Below the pieces are notes generated by a model, which searched no databases, was not told the origin of the DNA, and worked only from the letters and a program-made list of their open reading frames with translations. Positions 38,980-49,854 of a DNA stretch of 64,000 nucleotides are shown here, piece by piece. Numbering within the stretch: the stretch's first letter is position 1; every line of letters begins with the position of its first letter. Position numbers and translations under genes: made by a program. Origin of the DNA: Nymphaea colorata (Eukaryota); contig NC_045138.2 of NCBI RefSeq assembly GCF_008831285.2, positions 30,876,001 to 30,940,000 of the forward strand, in the 5' to 3' direction.

Positions 38980-39587
38980 CTTGTTTGATCCAAGAATGTT
39001 GCATTTTGGATCTAGTTGTGGGTTTGGATCAGTGGCCTTGTCTGATCCACAAATTGTTGGATTTGGGTGAGTTTGTGAATGTGGATCAATTGTCTTATAT
39101 GATCCTCAAATTGTAGATTTGGTTGGTATTGTGGTTCTAGATCAATGGTTTTATTTGATCCAAAAATTGTACCATTTGGATACAGTTGTAGGACTAAACC
39201 AATGGTCTTATCTAGTCCGTAAAATTTGTGGAATTGGATCTAGATGTGGATCAAGACCAGTGGTCTTATCTGATCCAAAAACAGCTGAACATGTATTTGA
39301 TTTGGGGTTATGATTGATGAATTCCCATAAGCACTAGGTCCTCAACAGATTAGAAGTGTCGTAAATAGTTTTCATTAAACATTTCTCTCAACAAAGAAAA
39401 CTCGTGATAGTTGATATGCATGTAAATTTTTTGATCCAAGATAGGCTGGATTTGGATCGTCTTGCCCATCTTGTCTCAACCAAAAGTTGTGTGTGAGTCC
39501 CGTAGTAGATTTGGAACAATTGCCTTATCTGATCCTAAAATTGGAAATATGGATTGTGCTCTAGTTCTGGATGAGTGGTCTTATCTA
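38980..39587. repeat. Dispersed ~600-bp copy of part of the 57-bp higher-order array (matches ~50705-51314)
   Basis: Colinear match including diagnostic non-repetitive words (ATCCAAAAACAGCTGAACAT, GATTGATGAATTCCCATAA, CGTAGTAGATTTGGAACA, GGATGAGTGGTCTTATCTA). Confidence 0.85.
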
Positions 39588-39604
39588 ACTCTCGACCCAA
39601 TTTA

Positions 39605-40067
39605 CAAAAACGAATACATGAAAACCCAACAGAACTTCTATTCTGCGACTGCAGCGGGGCATAGAAGTTACCGGGACGAAGAGAAGGGGAAACAGACATA
39701 GTGAGGAGCCCAAGTGTTCGTACACAGCACAAAGAGAAACCTCATAGATTCCAACACACCACCCACCTACTTTATTTTTCCCATCGGCAGCCATCATAAA
39801 CAGCGATGGGCCAATGGGCGATGGCTGCCAGTGGTACAGAAAAGGGAGCGCGAGATGGCGAGAGGCTATTCGTTGTTCGGCTACCACCTACGCGCAGCAA
39901 AGAGAGAATTAAGAAAGGTACCTGAGTAACCTGACACCTGATGAGTAAACTGAGATGCAAAGTGGCTATGGAATGAAAAGATTGATGCATGTTTTCTTCC
40001 CTTTCACGATAAGTGTCGCATAAACAATTAATAATTTACTTCTTAATGCATATAGATGGTTATGATA
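39605..40067. repeat. Diverged duplicate of 57880-58221 fused to 58780-58885
   Basis: Shared GAATACATGAAAACCC...AACAGACATAGTGAGGAGCCC...AAAAGGGAGCGCGAGA...CCTGAGTAACCTGAC, then TAAACTGAGA...TAATTTACTTCTTAATGCAT.TAGATG.TTATGATA. About 560 bp present at 58222-58780 are absent here. Confidence 0.85.
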
Positions 40068-40240
40068 ACGAGCAGGACCTGTGGAGCCCAAGTCAGGTTC
40101 TTAACATCAGACTAATAATCATGAACCAGCAAAACATAAAAGTGCATCAAGAGAACACATAGCCAAAGACAAAGCCTATCTGTCTGCCCGTATGCAACTC
40201 ACTAGGCCTGTTAGGGAGGTCTAATTCACTTGTACATCAC

Positions 40241-41038
40241 TAGGGCTGCACAATGAGTCGCGCCAACTCGGGCTCGACTCGAACTCGCTCGACAAAGCTC
40301 GGCTCGAGCTCGACTCATTTATAAACGAGTCGAATTCGAGCTGAAAGTTAAACTCGAACTCGAGTTCGAGTTGAAAGAACTCGACTCGTTATATTAAATC
40401 AATTGAAGTGAATGAACCGGTTCATGAAACCGGTTCACCGGTTTAGGGTAAAAACTTTCCCATTCACTCGCTCTTCCTTCTTCCCGTCTGCTCTCTCTAT
40501 TCCGTTGGACCGCTGCTACCTGCTGCCTTCTCAGTTCTCTCGCCTTTCCCCTTCTCTCGCTGCTGCTGCCTCAGACGCTAATACGCATCCATCGTCCCTC
40601 TCGCTCTTGCTGCAGCTCTTGCTCCCGCCTTCACGCCAGGAACCCCTTCGACCTTCTTTTCTTCTTCTCCTTGTTGTTCTTCTTCTTCCTCCACCTCCCA
40701 ACTGATTTTGCCCAAATGAAACCAACCAGAAATCACTGCTGCTGCCGCCATCAACACTCGCATTCACTGCTCTTGCGGGTGGGATTGTTTTGCCCAAATG
40801 AAGCCCTTCTTTAAAGCATCTAATCAATATTTATGTTGAACGAAATTTTAGATTGAGCATGAAGAGTTTTGTGGCGCTAAACGAGTTAATCGAGTTAAGC
40901 TCGAGCTCGGCGTTGTACAATCGAGTCGAGCTCAAGCTTGTGTTAGGCAACTCGACTCAAGTTCGAGTCGAGTTCGAGGTCGTTGAGCCGAGTCAAAATC
41001 GAGCTGGGCAAGCTCGACTCAGCTCGTGTGCAGCCCTA
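40241..41038. mobile_element. Non-autonomous hAT element with perfect 8-bp TSD and a GC-rich, pyrimidine-skewed core
   Basis: TIR TAGGGCTGCACA / TGTGCAGCCCTA. TSD TACATCAC at 40233-40240 and 41039-41046. About 150-200 bp of CTCGA subterminal repeats at each end. Confidence 0.92.
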
Positions 41039-41957
41039 TACATCACATTGGCGTCAGTCATGACTCCAACCTCCACCTGTCATATACACAAAGCGCATCC
41101 ACATACCACACTTTAACAAGCAACTATAAATAGTACATAACAAGAATAATAACAAGTCATGCAACAGATATAATTTTAATTTGTTCCCCTCTAGGAAGGA
41201 TCAATCTAACATTTCTTGGTGGTACACTTCTATGGTCAAATGGCACAACACCCCAAACATAATAAGGTTTGCTATAGATTGCCTAGTTGACTATTCATGC
41301 AATCACATAGGCGATGGAAAAATCGACAAGATGATCATTTGCGTGGGCTCATGCGCACAACAAACCCCAAATGGGACAACTCCCTCTTATTTTATTTTAT
41401 TTTTCAATCTTGTCCCCAATTTTGAAGCTATTTACATTTGAACTGAAAGGTATTAGATAACTCTTAATTATGGAATAGTTTATAAATTATACTTATATAT
41501 TAATTAAGGTTAATCTATACTTAAGTCACTAAGAGATCTTAATCTTGCTGTTAGTTCCTTAAGAGTACCCAACATTTACATATAAGCCGCTCATGAGTTT
41601 CCAATAATTGCATTTAAGCTTTCCCGAATTATTAAAATAACTCAAACTTCCAAAGAATGAGCCTTCCACAGACATAGTCTAATCTCAGCACAGTTAGAGT
41701 CCTTGGAGCGTCGGTTGTGAGCTCTATCCAACCATATGCTCATCTGAAGACTCCAATCCACAAGAATGGCTACCACAACCAGCAACATATAACAAGCAGC
41801 TCAAGAATATAAAATATAGGCTCAAAAAGTACCTACAGTCTGACGCGTTACATGAAAAATAAAGCCTGACAACTTTTTCTATTGAGCGCCTTTTTCATTC
41901 AATTTTAAACCTTTGTATTTTAATTGTTAAATTTTAAAAAAAAAAATCATCATGCTT

Positions 41958-42009
<52 letters not shown>

Positions 42010-42048
42010 ACTCCTACTTCATCAACATGCTTCAGATTTGAACATCAC

Positions 42049-42212
42049 TGTTAAGACGTGTTTATACTCAGTATTAGACTTGAGAGGGCACTTGTGTAAT
42101 AATGTTTCTTTTAATGACTTTCTTGTAACTTATCCCTCTCTTCTAGTCTATATAAAGAGGAGTTAGGGATTCTTTTGAGGTAAATCAAAGATTAGTTCTC
42201 TTAAATTTATCA
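42049..42212 (+). repeat. 5' LTR of the Copia element
   Basis: TGTTAAGACG...AAATTTATCA with a TATATAAA box, followed immediately by the PBS. Confidence 0.95.
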
Positions 42213-42840
42213 TGGTATCAGAGCACCAGCCGTCTCCTCCTCAACGAGTTGTCGCCGACTGAGCGGCGCCGGCCGCCGCCTCATCGGCGTCAGTTGCCAC
42301 CACCCTTTGCCGCCCTGTCCATTGCCGCCTCGCCCTTTGCCGCCCTGTCCATTGCCGCCTGATCCATCCCTGCTGCCCCTCGTCGCCCTACCCATTGTCT
42401 GCCTGCGCCGCCTCCGCCTGCGCCCGTCTGCCTGCGCCCGTCCGCCTGCGCCGCCGCCGCGTGTGCACTCTGTCGTTGCTCCGCCCAGCAGACTGCTTCG
42501 CCTGTCATCTTCGCCGCCGCCTCAACGCTGATTTTTCCTCTCAGCGTCTTTCCGCTGCATGCTGCTCCGCAGCTGCTCTGCACGCTGCTCCTCCGCTGCA
42601 CGCTGCTCCGCCGCTGCTCTGCCAGTGGTTCTGCACGCTGATTTTCTTCTCAGCGTCGTCTCTGGTATCTCTCTTCGTTCAGCTCTGCTGTTGCCTCTTC
42701 TCGCCGATCAGACTTCTGGATTGCTACCTGCGTTAACTGCATATTGCTTCATGATCAGCATGTTGTCTTTCGATATGTGATTGTATTCTTTTGCCTGCAC
42801 TTCCTATTCCGTGGCTCGGTTTCCTCCTTTGTGTTGAAAG

Positions 42841-45800
42841 ATGTCTGAAATTAGCAGTGGCGCTAATACCTCTTCCTTTGTATCGTCGGGAGAGATGAAG
42901 AGTTCCCCATTTTCCAGCATTATCACCAAAATGGATGGGGGTAATTACGAGATGTGGGCCATGCAAGTAAAAAGAACTTTGATCGCTCATGAGAAGGAAC
43001 ATCTAATTTTGGAGCCCGAGCCCGTACAGAAGGTAGGAAAATATACTACTTGGTTTAAAGATAATTCGTTGGTTATGGTATGGATTGTTGGTACTCTCTC
43101 ACAAGAAATTGCAAATGAAGTCTTGCACAAGGACAGTGCAAAGGATATGTGGGATTCCCTTGCTGCCACGTATTCACAGGCAAGAAATGAAACGCGCATT
43201 ATGCAGCTTCATCATGATATCCATCAGATGCGACAAGATGGCAGACCTCTTCACACTTATTATTCTAGTCTCAAGTCCATGTTTGAGAGACTGAATAGCT
43301 ACTTTCCCGCATGCAAGTGTGAACAACAAAAGGCATACAGAGATATGCTTATGGTAGGAGTCTTTCTGTCTGGTTTAGACTTTGTTTATGAATCCGCAAA
43401 GAACCAAATGCTTACTAGTCCCTCGATTCCTCCTATTGATGAGGCTTACAGTAGGCTCAGCAGAATTCCGATCTCTGCATCGACTGTTCCTGATACCACT
43501 TCTGCTATGCTTGCTACTCGTGGCAGAGGTGGACCCTTTTTTGCCAGAGGACGAGGGGGCCGTGGCCGTGGCAATACCCCTTCGCACCCTGTATGTCAGT
43601 TTTGTCACCGCATTGGTCATATTGTGGATAAGTGTTGGCAGAAACATGGTCGTCCAGCTTTTGCAAATCAGACTGTATCTACTGATTCTCCTGAGCAGCC
43701 TAAGCCTCAGCACACTGCCTCCTCCAGTGAGTTGCATGTAGATGACATTCTCTCTCAGTTGAGGCACTTGATTGGCGACAGCGCCCATCAAGCCCCTGGT
43801 CCGACCACTTTTACTGTTCCTACCGCTGCGAGTGCTTCTTCATCTGGTATGTATTCTGCCTGTACAGTCTGCTCTCCTCCTGACACTACAGATTGGCTTA
43901 TTGATTCTGGTGCATCGACACATCTCTGTGGGGATAAGACGCAATTCACCTCTTACGTCCCTACTCCACCGGGTCGTTCGGTTATTCTAGCAGATGGAAA
44001 AGATTCACCAGTTGTTGGACATGGAGAGGTCCAACTTACTTCATCATTGCCGCTGCAGCACGTTCTTCATGCACCAGAATTCCCCCATAGCCTACTTTCT
44101 ATCAGTCAGATTACCAGAGAATTAAATTGTCGTGCTATATTTGACTCTTCCTCTCTTGTGTTTCAGGATATACTGACGGGCAGGGTGATTGGCAGTGGCC
44201 GTGAACAGGGAGGTCTCTACAGGCTAGTGCATTCCTTTCCCTTTGCTGGATCTACCTCGTCGGGGTCGTCCTCATCCTCGGCTTATACTTGGCATTTACG
44301 TTTTGGACATCTCCCGTTTCAGAAACTGCTGCATGTTCTCCCTCAGCTGTCTCATAAGTCGTCTTTTCAATGTGAGTCTTGTCAGTTAGGCAAACACCAT
44401 CGGTCATCCTTTCCTCCGCGGTCTAGTAGAAGTAGCCACTCTGTGTTTGAGTTACTTCATTTTGATGTTTGGGGCCCGAGTCGTACTCCTGACCTTCAGG
44501 GTCATCGGTATTATCTTGTTGCTGTTGATGATTACAGTCGTGTTAGTTGGGTTTTTCTTATGAAACACAAATTTGAAGCGGGTCATGTAATCAAAAATTT
44601 TATCAATGAAATTCTGATTCAGTTTGATACTTGTGTCAAGATTGTGCGCTCTGACAATGCTCTTGAGTTCTGTGCTTCCTCTTTAGAACAATTTTTCAGG
44701 GATAAGGGTATCATTCACCAAACTTCTTGTGCCTATACCTCTCAACAAAACGGGGTTGCTGAAAGAAAACACCGCCATATTCTTGATGTCGCCAGAACCA
44801 TTATCATACACAGCCATGTTCCCCATTCTTATTGGGGAGATGCTGTTCTTACAGCATGCTATCTTATTAATCGCATGCCGTCATCTGTGTTGGGAGATCT
44901 TATTCCTTTCTCTGTTCTTTTTCCTGACAGAGAATTGTTTCTGTTGCACCTCGTATTTTTGGATGTGTTGCCTTTGTTCAGTTGCTTGGTCCTGGGAGAG
45001 ATAAGTTATCCCCTCGAGCTATCAAAACGATCTTTGTTGGTTATTCCCGCACTCAAAAGGGATATCGTTGTTATGATCCTTCTACTCGTCGATATTATGT
45101 GAGTGCTGATGTTACATTTTTTGAGTCCACCTCTTATTTCTCTCCAAATGGAACTCACTTAAGGGTGCCTGAATTTAGTGATGAAGTCCACCTTCATTTA
45201 CCTCTCATGAGTTATCCACAACCCGTTGCTTCGCGTTTTGGGGCTATCTACCAACGTCGCACTAAACCTGTTCAACCTGCCCCCTGTGCTCCTGTGCCTT
45301 CACCCAGCATGCCCAAGGTACTTCCTGAACACACAAATCCTGCTGACCATTCTTTATGTGATGATGCCACAGGGGACTCTCCAGAGCATGTTACTGGTCC
45401 TCATATTAATGAACTTGATATGCCTATTGCTCAAAGGAAAGGCAAACGCAGTTGCACTATGCATCCTCTCTCTGGTCATTTGTCCATGGCTCGCCTCACT
45501 CCTACTTACCGACAGTTTGTCAAGGGACTGTCGGCTGTAGCTCTTCCACAGACTCCCATGGACGCTCTTTCTGATCCCAAATGGGCCGCAGCTATGCAAG
45601 AAGAGATGGATGCCCTTCAGTTTAGAGGCACGTGGACACTAGTTACTCCTTCATCTGATGCAGCTATTGTTGGTTGTCGATGGGTATTTACTGTTAAATA
45701 CAGAGCAGATGGCAGCATTGAGAGATATAAGGCTCGCCTGGTTGCAAAAGGCTATACTCAGACTTATGGGGTTGATTATTATGATACCTTCTCTCCTGGG

Positions 45801-47039
45801 GCACGACATGCTTCTTTACGGGTTCTTCTCGCTGTTGCCGTCAGCAAGAATTGGTCTCTATCACAGCTTGATGTCAAAAATGCCTTTCTGTATGGTGACC
45901 TACATGAAGAAGTGTATATGCAGCAACCACCAGGGTTTGTTGCTGAGGGGGAGTGTCAGAAAGTGTGTAGATTGAGAAAGGCAATTTATGGTCTGAAACA
46001 AAGTCCTCGAGCTTGGTTTCAAAAATTATCAGAGAATATTGAGAATGAGGGCTTCAGACGTTCTTCGGCTGATCATTCCCTTTTTGTCAAGAAAACTTCT
46101 ACAGGTACAGTGATAGTTCTTGTCTATGTTGATGATATCATTGTTACAGGGGATGATATTCAGGGGATTTCCAACATCAAGGGCGTCCTTGGACGACACT
46201 TTGTCACCAAGGATCTTGGTGAGCTACGCTATTTCCTAGGTATTGAGTTTGCTAGAAATCAGAAGGGTCTTATCATGTGCCAAAGGAAATACGTTACTGA
46301 TGTTTTGCAAGAGACAGGTATGCTAGGATGTCGACCTGCCTCTACACCCATGGACATCAATACTCGCTTGTATGATGATGATACTGAAGATGTTGATGCT
46401 AGACAATATAGAGGGATTGTTGGGAAGCTCCTATATATCACTGTTACTCGACCTGATATTCCCTATGCTATTAGCAGAGTGAGTCAATTTATGGATAAGC
46501 CCAAGAAAGTCCATTGGGATGCTGCCATGATGATTCTCAGGTATCTGAAAAATTCACCAATATCTGTGTATGTTGATGCTGATTATGCGGGATGTCACCT
46601 TGACAGAAAATCCACTACTGGGTTTTGTGTGTTTATTGGATCCAACTTGGTTACATGGAAGAGTAAGAAGCAGACAGTGGTTGCCAGATCAAGTGCAGAA
46701 TCTGAGTATAGAGCTATGGCTCAGGCTACTGCTGAAGTTATGTGGGTTAGATCTCTGATGTTGGATCTTACTGTGGAAGTGCCTCTTCCTATGCAATTGT
46801 TAGGTGATAACAAAGCTGCTCTGTTTATTGCTAATAATCCTGCTTTCCATGAGAGAACCAAGCATGTTGAAGTAGATTGTCACTATACCAGAGACATGAT
46901 TCAAAAGGGGTTTGTAAGTACCTCCCATATTTCAACTACAGGGCAAACTGCTGATATTTTTACTAAAGCTCTTGCAAGAGGACCATTCCAAAGTTGTTGT
47001 TCCAAGTTGAGCTTGTTTGACATATACGCTCCAACTTGA
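42841..47039 (+). pseudogene. Copia gag-pol polyprotein with one frameshift near 44940 and an in-frame deletion near 46560
   Basis: ORF 42841-45102 carries gag, zinc knuckle CQFCHRIGHIVDKC, protease WLIDSGAS, WHLRFGH/CESC and integrase HFDVWGP/RSDNALEF/QNGVAERKHRH. ORF 44982-47039 carries RT (YKARLVAKG, QLDVKNAFL, YVDDI) and RNase H (DADYAG, SSAESEY, ADIFTK), ending DIYAPT. Adding one T at ~44940 restores ELFSVAPRIFGCVAFV. Confidence 0.93.
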
Positions 47040-47046
47040 GGGGGAG

Positions 47047-47210
47047 TGTTAAGACGTGTTTATACTCAGTATTAGGCTTGAGAGGGCACTTGTGTAATAA
47101 TGTTTCTTTTAATGACTTTCTTGTAACTTATCCCTCTCCTCTAGTCTATATAAAGAGGAGTTAGGGATTCTTTCGAGGTAAATCAAAGATTAGTTCTCTT
47201 AAATTTATCA
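47047..47210 (+). repeat. 3' LTR of the Copia element
   Basis: Near-identical to 42049-42212, preceded by the PPT and followed by TSD ATCAC. Confidence 0.95.
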
Positions 47211-47479
47211 ATCACCAAATCAGACTCTTATAAATATGGTTGATATGTCTTACCTCTTCCACACACCAAGCGGCAGATACCAAAAACTTGCCGGCTTTAA
47301 TACCAAAAACTTGCCTTTAATGAAGAAGAAAACCACACTGAACAAATGCACAATCACCAACAACTTTGCTCATCTGAATAGAGAAAGTGCATCCAAATTC
47401 TGCCAGACGCCACCACGAAGAGACACCCACAAAGGCAGACAGATATGATCACCCACGCACAAAAAAAAAAGAAAAAAAA

Positions 47480-47745
47480 TGATCAATCGGATAAGTAACC
47501 TGTAGAGGAAGACGAAGGAAAGAAGAGAGGAAGAGGGAGGAAAAAACCCAGCAACAGGCTGTTTTCAAGCCTCTGAAGTGAGGTCAGCACTGATACCATG
47601 TTATAAGGTATTGGAGGATGAGAAGGAATCAATAATTGAATTAGCCCCAATCACCCTTAAATAATAGATTGGGGTTGGCAAAAGAGTTACAATACAGTCC
47701 TCCAATGGTTATTTTCTAATTTGCCAATAAATCCCTTTCTAATAC
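47480..47745 (-). mobile_element. Possible 5' LTR, PBS and leader of an older minus-strand LTR element
   Basis: TGATACCA at 47591-47598 (minus-strand TGGTATCA) directly abuts TGTTATAAGG..., which would be the CA end of a minus-strand LTR. A pyrimidine-rich leader follows on the minus strand. No partner LTR was identified. Confidence 0.4.
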
Positions 47746-49439
47746 TTGTTTCCAACACTGCTTGTCAATAAGTCTCTAACTTCGAGTGTGGGAATTGACC
47801 ATGTCCATCATGTTCTTGCACTTGTCAAGCCTTTTGTTTCTCAAAACCTTGTCAGCTTATCCTTCACAATGGGTGTAACCGTGTAAGAGTGTGCAGTGGT
47901 TGAGCAAAATGAAACATGTATCCTACACTACATAAATATTTTTTGCAACTGACCTTCAATGTTATGTGTCCTTTTTCAATCCTGGGATGGTCATACCTTG
48001 TATATTCCTCCTTTCTTGGACACTCCTGCAAATTCTTGTGGTGCTTTATCTGATCTCGCCGAAGAAGAATGATGAATAAACCATAAAGTTGTCATTAACG
48101 GTCTTAAACAATGTCCATGCTTCATCGTCACTTCAATATGAATGTGCCCAACATGCTGCATCGACTATTTGCCCATGTTTTTCCTTCTGACCATCATAAA
48201 AGTAAGCCCTAACAGCCATCTTTGGACCTAACGAAGGGGACAATGCCACATAAGGTCCATGAGCTGTTCCTGTGACTCATCAAACTGCTCCGCCTCATAT
48301 TGTACAAAACTAGTTATGGCTTTTCGAGATTGATTTGTCTTACCTTAGGGAAATATTTCTGGAAAAACTTTCTACATCCCCTCCCACAGGGTAGTTCAAA
48401 ATTCAAGCATTATATAAAAAGGATTTCAACTAGTGCTTCGCTTTATTTATTCAATAAAAAAGAAACAAATAAACCTGAGGGCATCATGTCCAAAATTAAC
48501 ATGCAATCATACTTCAGGAAATTCATCAATATGATGGTAAGAGTCTACTTAACTATGTCGATAAAAAAATGGCAGCATTTGTAAAACTGATGATTTGATT
48601 TCAGTTTGAGGAGCTCCTACATGGGTTTGGTGATCAGAAATTCTGTAAGCACGAAATACTCCCTAGGAGGTCTAAGATGGGCTTTCATCATTGCCTCTCA
48701 AATGATCATTGCCTTGGTTAACCATTGGTTTGGTTCTATAATATCGCCTACCTACCAGAAAAAGTTAAAAGCAACCTAAACTTGTGAATACCTAGACCAA
48801 GAACGCATGATGTTTAAGAGATTTAAAGGCTTGCACCTCTTCAAAGGCCTTAATGTGGGACAAGCCCAAGAAGACACCCCCTATTTTGTCGTCCTTAACC
48901 TTCTGTAGATGGGTGCGCACACAAGGATTGCAAAAGACAGATGACGTGTCTCTTCCTTAGCCAAGTATTAGCCTCCATCAATTGTGCGGACCAATTGATG
49001 ATCTCCTTCACCAAGATCTCAAGCAACCCACGACATCAGATTGAAAGATCCAAACCTTCCTCTTCGGAGTAGAAACAGACATGGCCAAAACAACTAAGAA
49101 ATGATCGGCGGAGTCGCTCATACCTCATAGGGACATATCTATCCGGATAGAGTATAGTGACGATCGATTCATCGATTCATCTGAGTATCTCCAATCAAGA
49201 TACGGATCCTTCTTGATAGATAACTATCTAGTTAGTTAGATAACTAACAAACAACCCAACGCACTGGTAAGAATGCCTACAATACAACACAGGCAAAGCA
49301 GGTCTTCACTGCGTGGCCAGCTTAATTCCCATTTGGTTGCAGCCCATCCTATAAATAATGAACTTGCCAAAGAAGAGCTTGAACAAAAAGGGCACCTACT
49401 ATTTTTGACATAATCACATGGATGGCAGCCTATGGTTGG

Positions 49440-49810
49440 AACCACTGCCACAAAAAACGCGTTTTAAAAGCCCAATGGGAGTTCATCGTCAGAAATCGAA
49501 TCCTTCAGCAAATGATTCTCCCCATCACTGACATGTAACTCATCAATCAAAGAAGTTCCCCTGAAGGGTCCACACTTGACAAATTCATAAAGTGGTTAGT
49601 GCGAATTTCCAATATAAGTTCAAGATCCTCTACACGAACACTATCCACATCGACAAGCATGATAGCTTTCTTTTGCCACTTCCCTCTGACCATGTTCATG
49701 AAAAAAATTGGTGTTGGCATTCCCTCCTTAAAGCCATTTAACTCTGGATTTCTACTGTCAATTATTTTTTCATGCTAAGAAGAGTCTCAAGTTCCAGCTG
49801 CCATCTTCTC
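49440..49810 (-). mobile_element. Degenerate L1-clade LINE ORF2 relic, probably extending further left
   Basis: The minus strand at ~49695-49760 reads Q*KSRVKWL*GGNANTNFFH, matching the plant L1 consensus WRQKSRVKWLKEGDxNTKFFH. About 250 bp further on, DELPLGF*NAFF-W resembles PDGFPxEFYKxFW. Confidence 0.7.
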
Positions 49811-49854
49811 TCTACATTCCCTAGGGAAAGATTAGCTGATTAATGGACCTCACA

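Larger units (their letters stand above)
42049..47210 (+). mobile_element. Full-length Ty1/Copia LTR retrotransposon, Ale/Retrofit-like (short LTRs)
   Basis: 164-bp TG...CA LTRs at 42049-42212 and 47047-47210 with 3 transitions counted by eye. 5-bp TSD ATCAC. PBS TGGTATCAGAGC (initiator tRNA-Met) at 42213-42224. PPT GAGGGGGAG at 47038-47046. Domain order gag-PR-INT-RT-RH. Confidence 0.97.
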
